Shown: one piece after another, positions 19,813 to 29,000 of the stretch
Layout of the letters: the number at the start of each line of letters is the position of its first letter
How positions within the stretch are numbered: position 1 is the first letter of the stretch
Position numbers and translations under genes: made by a program
NCBI RefSeq assembly: GCF_002514735.1
Contig: NZ_KZ300476.1
Location: 599,872 to 663,871 of the forward strand
Reading direction: 5' to 3'
DNA: 64,000 nt
Source: Sediminicola luteus
GTDB lineage: Bacteria; Bacteroidota; Bacteroidia; Flavobacteriales; Flavobacteriaceae
Notes under the pieces: generated by a model
Told to the model about the DNA's origin: nothing
Databases searched by the model: none
Seen by the model: only the letters and a program-made list of their open reading frames with translations

Positions 19813-20575
19813 AGTAGCTTTGATTACAGGAAGTACAAGCGGCATTGGCCTAGGCGTAGCCGAGCACTTTGCGCAAAACGGCTATGCCATTATGTTCCAT
19901 GGGCTTGAAGTCAATGGGGCGCAAATTGCCGCGGAGCTAGGAGCCAAGTATCAGGTTGCCACTTCTTTTTCCAATGCCAACCTCTTAAAACCTGAAGCCA
20001 TTGCTGAATTAGTGAACGAAACGGTGAGCCAATTGGGTCGTTTGGATGTTTTGATCAATAACGCCGGAATACAATACGTGGCCCCCTTAACCGATTTTCC
20101 AGGTTCTAAATACGAAAACATTATCGCCATTAATATGAACGCCAGCTTTTATGCCTCTAAAGCAGCCTGGCCCCATATGGAAAAACAAGGTTTTGGCCGA
20201 ATTATTAATATCGCCTCGGTACATGGTTTGCGCGCTTCGGCCTTTAAAACCGCTTATGTTGCCGCTAAACATGGTGTGTTAGGTATGACCAAGGTAATGG
20301 CCTTGGAAGGAGCCAATAAGAACATCAACTGTAATGCCATTTGCCCTGGATATGTAAAAACCCCATTGGTTGAAGGCCAAATCGCCGATCAAGCAAAATC
20401 GCATGGCCTTTCTGAAGACGAAGTAGTAACCGAAGTGATGCTTAAAAAACAAGCCGTAAAGCAGTTTGTACCCATTACTGCCATTGCCGATATGGCTCTG
20501 CTTCTGGCCAAGGACGGCAGTGAAACCATTACAGGCACTACCTTTACCTTAGATGGCGGCTGGACAGCCCAATAA
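19805..20575 (+). CDS. Short-chain dehydrogenase/reductase, 3-hydroxybutyrate-dehydrogenase-like
   Basis: 'ALITGSTSGIGLGVA' Rossmann motif, 'NNAG', and catalytic 'YVAAKHG'. High overall similarity pattern to bacterial BDH. Overlaps the upstream hydrolase gene by 8 nt. Confidence 0.65.
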   Translation: MPKVALITGSTSGIGLGVAEHFAQNGYAIMFHGLEVNGAQIAAELGAKYQVATSFSNANLLKPEAIAELVNETVSQLGRLDVLINNAGIQYVAPLTDFPGSKYENIIAINMNASFYASKAAWPHMEKQGFGRIINIASVHGLRASAFKTAYVAAKHGVLGMTKVMALEGANKNINCNAICPGYVKTPLVEGQIADQAKSHGLSEDEVVTEVMLKKQAVKQFVPITAIADMALLLAKDGSETITGTTFTLDGGWTAQ

Positions 20576-20616
20576 AGAAGTAATTAGCACAACAATAGAG
20601 TTGGTTTAAGTGTTTG

Positions 20617-20649
20617 AAGGGGGATTTATACTATAAGTCCCCCTTTTTT
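20617..20649 (+). terminator. Rho-independent terminator
   Basis: Stem 'aaggggga'/'tccccctt' around a 13-nt loop, followed by TTTTTT. Confidence 0.65.
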
Positions 20650-20758
20650 ATGTTTGGGTGTTTTTTAACGCAGCGGCAACTTCCGCGTCTTTCTTTTAAC
20701 CATTTGTTATGAAGGGTGCACAAACGCAGAGGCTATTTTAGCGCTTCAAATCTACTGC

Positions 20759-21667
20759 ATGAAGTTTTGGAATTTCCTAAACAGTCCTAATATCTATTTT
20801 AAAACCGGACCGGACCGTTGGCGATATATGTTATCAAGTATACTATTCGCCTCCATCTTCATTATCGTATTCCTACCTCAATTTGCCGATGACGAGGAAA
20901 AAGTGATGGCCAAGATCCATATCATACTTCCTAAAGGAATTATGGCCATCAGTTTGTCAATTTTGTTAGGGCAACTTTTTTCCCAATTCCTTTTACCAAA
21001 ACTCTTCAAATTCAGGCCAAAACAATTAAAGGGTTTATTATGGGTATTCTTGATCGAGGTTATTCTAATCACTACCCTTTTTGATTATTCCGAGAATATC
21101 TTTTTCTATCATGTTGATCATGACGACTGCTATATCTACAATAGTGTAATCATTGACACACTATTTTTATATACTTCGTTCGTGATACTGATTTCTTACC
21201 CTTTTATCGGTAACCTTTTATATCAACACATCCATAATTTACGCACTACCATTGACGGCTTGGAAGGTGAGCTTCAACACATAAAATCGCATTATGCCAA
21301 GTTAGCCAACCAAAATCCGGGGCGTATCGAATTCAAAGATGAAAACGGACAATTGCAGTTTAGCTGTGAATGGGCCAAACTGTTATACCTTAAATCGGAT
21401 AACCAATATGTAGAAGTATTTTCTGAATGTGACGGTAAACTGGTTAAACAAGTGGTGAGGAACCGGTTGAAGAATATTTTGGATCTCGCCCCAGAGGGAC
21501 CTTTGGTTCGTAGCCACCGATCATATGCCGTAAATATGATGCGGATCAACCAACTCAAAAATCAAAACCAAAAACAATTTTTACAACTCGATTCGAATAC
21601 AGAGGTTTTGGTTCCCATATCAAAAACCTACTTGAACGAATTACGCCAAGTAGGTTTATCTAAATAG
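20759..21667 (+). CDS. Membrane-anchored LytTR-family DNA-binding protein, paralogue of ORF 4102..5013
   Basis: Hydrophobic N-terminal half. C-terminal LytTR-like segment 'LLYLKSDNQYVEVFSECDGKLVKQVVRNRLKNILDLAPEGPLVRSHRSYAVNMMRI'. Confidence 0.7.
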   Translation: MKFWNFLNSPNIYFKTGPDRWRYMLSSILFASIFIIVFLPQFADDEEKVMAKIHIILPKGIMAISLSILLGQLFSQFLLPKLFKFRPKQLKGLLWVFLIEVILITTLFDYSENIFFYHVDHDDCYIYNSVIIDTLFLYTSFVILISYPFIGNLLYQHIHNLRTTIDGLEGELQHIKSHYAKLANQNPGRIEFKDENGQLQFSCEWAKLLYLKSDNQYVEVFSECDGKLVKQVVRNRLKNILDLAPEGPLVRSHRSYAVNMMRINQLKNQNQKQFLQLDSNTEVLVPISKTYLNELRQVGLSK

Positions 21668-21694
21668 TCTCGAAGACTTCTGAATCTAGGGTAA

Positions 21695-22729
21695 CTAAAG
21701 GGTATTTGCCTGAGGTTTCTCCACTCGCCCATCGGCATGTTTGGCAAAACGACCGGCATCTTGGGCATGAACATACTCTTGTTCCGGCCAGGGCCATCCG
21801 CCAAATTGTGTTCGCCCGTAATCGCGCATGGTCTGCCGAATCTCTTCCTCGGTGTTCATAACATAGGGCCCATATTTTACCACAGGTTCGTTTATCGGCC
21901 TGCCTTGAAGTACCAGCACAAAGCCTGTACTATGACCGTTCCGAATTTCTAAATCCTGACCGGCATCGACCACCACATGGGAGCCTACGGGGATTTGCCC
22001 TTTATCGATTTCCAAATTACTTCCCTTATAGAAATATAGCGCCCTGTTTACCGCAGGATCGGTAGCAGGTAACCGCCAACTGGCTTCAGGATCTAATTTT
22101 ACGGTTAATACAGTTACCAAATTCAATGGATCGGCCGCCCATGAATCGGGGGTTGGCGGCAAAGCTTGTATCCCATCATAGTTTCCAGCGATGACATCGG
22201 TTTCGGTGCCCCTACCGGCATCATTTTTTTGTACCACTTTGGGAATGGCTTCTTTCCACAACATTTTAAAATGTGGGGCGACCATTTTCTTTTTGGCCGG
22301 CAGATTTAGCCATACCTGAAAAATCTCCAAGGTATTTGGGGCATGCTCATTGACCATAGGAAACATTTCGGAATGTTGCACCCCTTTACCGGCCGTCATC
22401 CATTGTACATCACCGGCACCAAAACGACCTGAGGCACCCAAGGAATCGGTATGATCCACTACCCCTTCCTTATTAATGGTTATGGTTTCGAAACCACGAT
22501 GCGGATGATACGGAAAACCAGGTATACGCTGGCCATGGTACATACGATAGCCATCTTTCAAATGGAAATCCTGCCCTATATTCCTGCCTTGCATTTTATC
22601 TATGGAAAGACCCATGCTACCATTGCCTTCAGGATATTCATCCCTATGGTAGGCACAAAACAAAAAGGGATCTAAGGTCTCCCATGGAAACCCTAACGGT
22701 CTAACTTCTTTAATCAATTTCCTATCCAT
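21695..22729 (-). CDS. Pirin-family protein (bicupin; quercetin-2,3-dioxygenase-like)
   Basis: Pirin N-terminal metal-binding motif 'HPHRGFETITI'. Length and bicupin layout fit. Confidence 0.75.
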   Translation of the reverse strand: MDRKLIKEVRPLGFPWETLDPFLFCAYHRDEYPEGNGSMGLSIDKMQGRNIGQDFHLKDGYRMYHGQRIPGFPYHPHRGFETITINKEGVVDHTDSLGASGRFGAGDVQWMTAGKGVQHSEMFPMVNEHAPNTLEIFQVWLNLPAKKKMVAPHFKMLWKEAIPKVVQKNDAGRGTETDVIAGNYDGIQALPPTPDSWAADPLNLVTVLTVKLDPEASWRLPATDPAVNRALYFYKGSNLEIDKGQIPVGSHVVVDAGQDLEIRNGHSTGFVLVLQGRPINEPVVKYGPYVMNTEEEIRQTMRDYGRTQFGGWPWPEQEYVHAQDAGRFAKHADGRVEKPQANTL

Positions 22730-22731
22730 AA

Positions 22732-23163
22732 CTACAACTTTAATTTATCTAAAATACGTGTGAGCTGAACAGCCTCCTCCTTCGAAAGGAAATCACTGAA
22801 AAAGTGACCCACACTGTTTTTTGCTTCTTTATAGGCCGCTTCAAAGGTGTTAACACCCTTGGCGGTAAGGCCTATGGAGAGCATACGCCTATTCTCGGCA
22901 TTTTCGGCCCTATCTACCAACCCTTTGTCTACCAACCGATCCATCATTCGGGTAAGGTCGGGTTGCTGCACCACCATTTTCGACTTTAACTCTCGTGCGC
23001 ACAGGGTTTGGGGTGCAGCTTCATACAACAAATGCAATACATTGAGTTGGGCATGGGTTATCCCAAAAGGCTTTAAGGCCATCTTGATATTACGGCTCAA
23101 ACGTTCCGATACCCCTAAAAAGGAAAAATATGCCAGTGGATATGCGCCTCGCTCCAATTCCAT
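22732..23163 (-). CDS. MarR-family transcriptional regulator
   Basis: Winged-helix pattern 'ITHAQLNVLHLLYEAAPQTLCARELKSKMVVQQPDLTRMMDRLVDKGLVDR'. Its stop lies 2 nt from the pirin start. Confidence 0.7.
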   Translation of the reverse strand: MELERGAYPLAYFSFLGVSERLSRNIKMALKPFGITHAQLNVLHLLYEAAPQTLCARELKSKMVVQQPDLTRMMDRLVDKGLVDRAENAENRRMLSIGLTAKGVNTFEAAYKEAKNSVGHFFSDFLSKEEAVQLTRILDKLKL

Positions 23164-23343
23164 GTTTATTTGTTTTAAACGTTATTTGTTTACAACAGCA
23201 AATATACGTTATATTTTTCGATTTTGGGATTTCATACCCTTCCGTATCTAATCGCTACCTTTTTGGCAAGCTGAACAACCTTACCCTTTTACGATTCAAA
23301 AAAACTTCAAAACTTCCTATTTTTGCCTTCCTAAATTTCACTT

Positions 23344-23967
23344 ATGGAGACTTTTGACCGTACTGCCCATTGGCAACATATCTATGACACCAAAGCGTTG
23401 GATTCGGTAAGCTGGTACCAAGCCATACCCGAGACTTCCTTGGCCGCTATCGGCAAGGCCCAATTACCAAAAACCGCCCAAATAATCGATATAGGAGGTG
23501 GCGATAGTTTTTTGGCCGATCATTTGTTGGCAGATGGTTATGAGGGTTTAAGCGTATTGGACATTTCGGAGAAAGCTTTGGCAAGGGCGCAAGAACGATT
23601 AAACGAAAAGGCCACCAAAATTACATGGATCCAAGCCGATGCCGCTCATTTCTCCCCTACCCAGCAATATGACCTATGGCACGATCGTGCCGCTTTTCAT
23701 TTTCTGACCGAAAAAACGGAAATACAAAACTACCTGAACACATTAACGAAAAGTATAAACCCGAACGGTTGGGTAATACTGGGCACCTTTTCAAAAAACG
23801 GCCCCACCAAATGCAGCGGTATCCCCATTACGCAATACAGAACCGAAGATTTGGAACAACTTTTGCCCGCCCCTTTCAAAGTAGTTACCGCCTTCAACAT
23901 ACAGCATCCCACCCCTTTTAACACCCTACAAGAATTCAGCTTTTGTGTTTACCAACGTACGGAATAA
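23344..23967 (+). CDS. Class I SAM-dependent methyltransferase
   Basis: Motif I 'IDIGGGDS' and the downstream acidic loop typical of the Rossmann-fold methyltransferase family. Confidence 0.65.
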   Translation: METFDRTAHWQHIYDTKALDSVSWYQAIPETSLAAIGKAQLPKTAQIIDIGGGDSFLADHLLADGYEGLSVLDISEKALARAQERLNEKATKITWIQADAAHFSPTQQYDLWHDRAAFHFLTEKTEIQNYLNTLTKSINPNGWVILGTFSKNGPTKCSGIPITQYRTEDLEQLLPAPFKVVTAFNIQHPTPFNTLQEFSFCVYQRTE

Positions 23968-24101
23968 TGCCCCTGGCATTACAACCAAAAAATTAAACCG
24001 CTGATTATCAATTATCAATAAAATCAATTTATCTTTTTCAAATATTTAATTATTGTTTTTCGATAATTTGTTATAGTATTGCAATAACAAAATCATCGAT
24101 C

Positions 24102-24647
24102 ATGAAAAGCAATACCCAAAAAACGACAACAGGTTTCAAGGCCTTTAACACTATTTATTTTATCGGAAGTGCATTTGCCGCATTAAAACTATTGGACTAC
24201 CTACAATGGACCGTTCAATTGGTACGTAAATGGCAATTGCCCGAGGCCCCATTCTTCTCCAAGGTGAACCTATCAGGCTTGGACAACGAGATGTCCCTTA
24301 CCGCCTATCTTGTATTTGCCCTAGCCTATATATTGGCCTTTAGCTGCATCATTCTTGGTCTATACCAATTAAAAAATCTGAGTAAATTTTTTGAGAACAA
24401 TGCCATATTCCAAAACGAGATCAGCAATGCCTTTTTAAAAGCTGGAAAGTGTTTTCTGGTTTTTGCCTTCGGCACCTTCGCCATTGATGTAGCCTTATTG
24501 CTTTGGAACCTGACCAACAGCAGGGTAATAGACCTCTTGTCTACCGAACTGATCGTATTTACCATACTAGGGTATATCATGTTCTTTTTGGCCGATGTAT
24601 TCAAAAAAGGCATCCACCTACAAGAAGAAAACGAATTAACGATTTAG
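24102..24647 (+). CDS. DUF2975-like membrane protein
   Basis: Four predicted TM segments. Immediately followed (2-nt gap) by a small XRE-family HTH gene, the characteristic DUF2975/HTH pairing. Confidence 0.5.
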   Translation: MKSNTQKTTTGFKAFNTIYFIGSAFAALKLLDYLQWTVQLVRKWQLPEAPFFSKVNLSGLDNEMSLTAYLVFALAYILAFSCIILGLYQLKNLSKFFENNAIFQNEISNAFLKAGKCFLVFAFGTFAIDVALLLWNLTNSRVIDLLSTELIVFTILGYIMFFLADVFKKGIHLQEENELTI

Positions 24648-24649
24648 TC

Positions 24650-24862
24650 ATGGCCATAGTAGTGAATCTAGATGTGATGCTGGCCAAACGGAAAATGCAA
24701 TCCAAAGAGCTGGTAAAGATACTTGGGATTACCCCGGCTAACCTATCCATACTAAAAACCGGGAAGGCCAAAGCCATACGCTTTACCACCCTTGAAGCCA
24801 TTTGTGAAGCCCTGGAGTGCCAACCTGGCGATATACTGGAATATAGGAAGGAACAGGAATAA
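24650..24862 (+). CDS. Small XRE-family helix-turn-helix transcriptional regulator
   Basis: ATG at 24650. 'LAKRKMQSKELVKILGITPANLSILKTGKAKAIRFTTLEAICEALECQPGDILEY' is a classic HTH_XRE fold sequence. The track ORF beginning at 24503 is a 5' over-extension. Confidence 0.7.
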   Translation: MAIVVNLDVMLAKRKMQSKELVKILGITPANLSILKTGKAKAIRFTTLEAICEALECQPGDILEYRKEQE

Positions 24863-24982
24863 TCAAGCAAGACGTAAACACACCCCAAGTAAAAAGCCCC
24901 CATCGAAGAAGATGAGGGCTACCAAACCAAACTAACCATCTGGCGCTAAACGCCAAACGGCTACAAAGATAAGATAATTCGG

Positions 24983-25474
24983 TCACATATCATTACTAGT
25001 GGGTAGCTCCAGCCAAAGTTCCATGCGAATATCGGCCCGTTCATAGGGAACATCTGCCGGTAACGGAATTTCCCGAAAGCCTACTTTTTCATACAACTTT
25101 AAGGCCGGCACCAACTTTCGGTTCGAATCTAAATACAATCGTTTTATTTGTTCACCCCCAGCAAAGGCAATGGCATGATACATCAATTTTTGTCCAATTT
25201 TAAGGCCTTGGGCCTTAGGGGTAACGGCCATTTTAGACAATTCAAACCCTTGGTCTTCCCGATTGATCAAAGCCACTGTACCCACAGGCTCACCTTGGTA
25301 TAAAGCCATAAAAATATAGCCCCCGGCATCCAATATATACTGTTGCGGATCGGCCAATACTTTTCTGTCGTAGGGTTCCACTTCAAAAAAAGCCTCGAGC
25401 CACTCCAGGTTCAGGGCTTCAAAGTCAGCAGCATGGTTTTCTTGGAACGATACCATAGTAATCTGGTTCTGCAT
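24983..25474 (-). CDS. GNAT-family N-acetyltransferase
   Basis: Acetyl-CoA-binding-type motif 'QGLKIGQKLMYHAIAFAGG'. Typical GNAT size. Confidence 0.7.
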   Translation of the reverse strand: MQNQITMVSFQENHAADFEALNLEWLEAFFEVEPYDRKVLADPQQYILDAGGYIFMALYQGEPVGTVALINREDQGFELSKMAVTPKAQGLKIGQKLMYHAIAFAGGEQIKRLYLDSNRKLVPALKLYEKVGFREIPLPADVPYERADIRMELWLELPTSNDM

Positions 25475-25478
25475 GGCC

Positions 25479-25961
25479 TTAGGTTTTTAAGTTAGCTAAG
25501 GTGCGCTGCCTAAAGTCTTGTTCCTTTAAGCAAGCCTCCATATGGGCCAGTTCCTCCAACATACGACTTTGAGGTGGTAACAATTCAGAAATTCCGGCTT
25601 CCCCGGCCTGCCATACCTCCTTAAAATAGGGTAACTGTTTTTTGGCTTTGGGCGTCAAATGCAAAGGTTTTTTACGGGTGTCGGATTCAGAAACTCCCCG
25701 TACCACATAATCCCGTTCACTCATTTTTTGGATCATGTTCACCACCGTAGGATGGGAAAACCCCAAGCGTTCGGCAATTTCAACCGTGGTCAGGCTTTGG
25801 TTTTCTTCCAACAATTTAAACACCAAGTACCAATTGGGTTCTATATCGAGCCCGATTTCTTTGTACAAGGCCCGGCACGAATGAATCATTTGATCGGAGA
25901 TACGCTTAAAGCGGGCCGCCAAGGCATGGACTCCTATTTCTTTGATATAATCTTCCTTCAT
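25479..25961 (-). CDS. MarR-family transcriptional regulator
   Basis: Winged HTH 'LTTVEIAERLGFSHPTVVNMIQKMSERDYV'. Its stop lies 4 nt before the GNAT gene start. Confidence 0.7.
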   Translation of the reverse strand: MKEDYIKEIGVHALAARFKRISDQMIHSCRALYKEIGLDIEPNWYLVFKLLEENQSLTTVEIAERLGFSHPTVVNMIQKMSERDYVVRGVSESDTRKKPLHLTPKAKKQLPYFKEVWQAGEAGISELLPPQSRMLEELAHMEACLKEQDFRQRTLANLKT

Positions 25962-26024
25962 ATATGTAGTTGACTACACAAATATACCAAATATCTGATT
26001 TTTCCCGCTTTGCCTTGTATCTAG

Positions 26025-29000
26025 CTACTCCTTATCGTTGAGCAAGGCCTTTCGAATCCCTTCCAAATGTTGTCCGAAACGGGTGAGCTCACCAACTACA
26101 CGTTCAATTTGTCCGTGACTGCTTTGGGCCGCTTGGGAAAGAAATGTAGTTTTAATGGCATTCCAACGCTCTAGTTCTTCTACGGAAATCACCCCAGCCA
26201 ACTCTTTATACTTTAACAAATTGGCTTCGGCAGCAGCAGTTAAGGTCTGGGATTCGTTTTCGTAATGTCCGTCGATAAGTCCTTGCAGTTCTTCCGGATT
26301 CATTATCGGGATTACCTTGGAAGCCATCTTATTCATATCGCGATAGGAACCTTGTAGCTTAAAGGCCGGTTCTTCGCGATATACATCTTCCATAGAGGCC
26401 GATTTAATATAGGTGGCATTCACCTTTAATACAATATCCCGTACTTGAAGCATTTTGCGCAACACCCCCATATACGCATCGATCTCTTGCGGACTATGGT
26501 TGCCTTGCATTTGAAGCCCCTCTTGACTTTCTTTTTCAATGGCCTCCAATAGCGTATATACATCTTCGTAATGGCTATTGGCCAAATCCCGTAAATACGG
26601 ATTGGAGGTCAGGGCGTTTTCAATTAAACTTAGTTTGAACAAGCGATCGGACCCCCCGATAATATCGCCCAAATTATAGATATCGGCCCGGTTGGCCAAC
26701 ATATCTGGAATCTGGAATTTTTCACCGGATTCGGTATAGGGATTCCCCGCCATGATCACACAGAACTTTTTCCCGCGAAGATCATAGGTCTTGGATTGGC
26801 CGTTATACACTCCTTCAATTTTCCGTTGCCCATCAGCCAAGGAAATGAATTTCTGTAAAAACTCCGGATTACAATGTTGGATGTCGTCTAAATACAACAT
26901 TACATTGTTCTCCATTTCAAAGGCCAGGTTTAACTTTTTCAGTTCCTCTTTGGCCGTTACCGAAGTCGCGGGGCCCGGATCAACGGATACCACATTATGG
27001 CCTATGGCGGGACCATTCACCTTTACAAAGGTCAGCCCCAGTCTGTTGGCCACATATTCCATTAGGGTGGTTTTACCATAACCCGGAGGCGATATCAACA
27101 ACAACATACCCATACGATCGGTACGCTGGTTACCCCCAACCGTACCCAATTGTTTGGCCAGGTTATCGCCAATTAAGGGCAAATACACTTTATCTATCAA
27201 TTGGTTGCGTACAAATGAAGACAACACTTTGGGTTTAAACTCACCCAAGCGCATGGCCGCCCTTTTCTTCCCCACCCATTCCTTGATCTTTAGACGTAAG
27301 TTTTCGAACCCAGGACGGGTATGGGTATCGAAATGCCCTAGGCGCTCCATAAAAGCATGATAGTCGAAGGCGTACCGCCCTTCTGAAATCGACTGATGGT
27401 CGCCCATTAAATTTCCCAAGGAAACTAGGGGGTCGGTGGGGTTACTATGTTTTCCTAATAGGCTTGGGAATAAAAGCAGTCCACACGCCTCCTTTTCGTA
27501 AAAGCTATTTTCCCCTGTCGCTTGTACAAAAGCGCCCAACCATTGCTGTGCCAGCTCCATTTTATCTAGCAAAGAAGCACTTTGGGCTACCCCTTTTTGA
27601 AACAGGGCCTCCTTATCTTTTTCCTTTAAAAATTCAAGAAAACGCTCCTTTAGACCAAGTGCCTGTTGTGATACGGTATAGCCATTTTCCCGCTGCAGTT
27701 CTTTGACCAAATACCCTGCCATTTGCCTGTTATTCTCGGAATCTACCAAGCCAGTGGTTTCCATTAACCCCATAATATCAGCTATGCTTTGATCTAAGGT
27801 ATTGGCATGGGGAAAAAGTTGGGCTATCTGACTTACGCGCATCACCTTTTCCCTGATACTTTTACGTTCAGGCTCTTCCAAGCCGAACCAAAATAGCAGG
27901 GCATTGCTACGAATATCAGGGGTAAAAGTGAGCACTCCTAAGGCCTGATGGGTTCGGTGCAACACCTTTAGGATCTGTAAGGCATCTTGATCATGCACCC
28001 CTTTTATATATCCTTCATTATAATGTTCGATAATATAGTCGGCTATATGCTCCCCTAATGCCTCATCGGACTCCAAACCACTTCCATTCAGGCGTAGAAA
28101 CACCTTATAGGCCAAATATTCGGCCCGGTACACCTTATGGTTCTCACTCGGAATGGATTGCTCCCAAAGTTCTGAGGATGTCGGGTTTTCTTCTAGGATC
28201 CGTTCGTAAAAATTGGTGCCCGATAGATGAAAGTGGGGCGCTCCGTTCCGATACAGCACCGAAAGTTCCAAAGGTTGTCTATTGACACCGAATTTGTGGT
28301 TCCCTAAACGGATACTGTCTTCCCCATCTTCAAACAACTCTTGGCGGTCTTTTAATCGCCTGAGCACTTCCTCCTTCAGGGTTTTTAAACGGGTATCTAA
28401 TTCTTCGGCCTTTCCGCTTTCTTCCATCTCCTGAAGTCGCTCGATCAAATCGTAGGTTTTGCCTACCATGATATCGGAGGCAAAATAGCCATGTATGGCC
28501 TCGGCCTCAGTAAAGGTTTTGGCCTTGGTACCCACCCCTTTTAAAATACGTTCGGCCGATTTTACGATCTGTTGTACTTTTTTGTTGCGTTCCTGCAGTA
28601 AAAAAGCCTTCCGTTCTTCAAAAACATTATACAGATCTTCGCGTTTGGCCCCAATTTCATCTACGAATTCGTCATATTCCGAAAAACGGGCCTCCATTTC
28701 TTCTAGCTGAACCGAAATCTTGGTCAGAAAACCATCGCACTTATCGGCCGTATCGGCGATATCGAGATAATTGATCACACTTTGTTCCAGCAACTTTAAT
28801 TGGGCCCCAAAATCACTTTGCGCCTCCAAAGCCCCCAAACTCTTACGTTTCCCTACCAGTTTGGCCTTGGTTTGGTTGAGTGCGGTAAATATGACCGAAA
28901 TAGCATCGATGATCCGGGCCGTTTGGGTGGCATCTTCTATGTTAAGATTGTTCACCACCTCGATCAACAACTCCAATTCCTCACCAATCTCGGTCAGTTT

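Noticed and set aside
21668-21694. Palindrome-like gtctcgaagac between convergent LytTR and pirin genes as a terminator
   Set aside because: The arms are not truly complementary (gtctcgaagac versus gtcttcgagac) and no T-run follows.
24503-24649. 5' extension of the small HTH ORF (track ORF 24503..24862, 119 aa)
   Set aside because: The extension overlaps the 3' end of the DUF2975 membrane-protein gene in another frame and adds no HTH-relevant sequence. The ATG at 24650 gives a canonical ~70-aa XRE protein.
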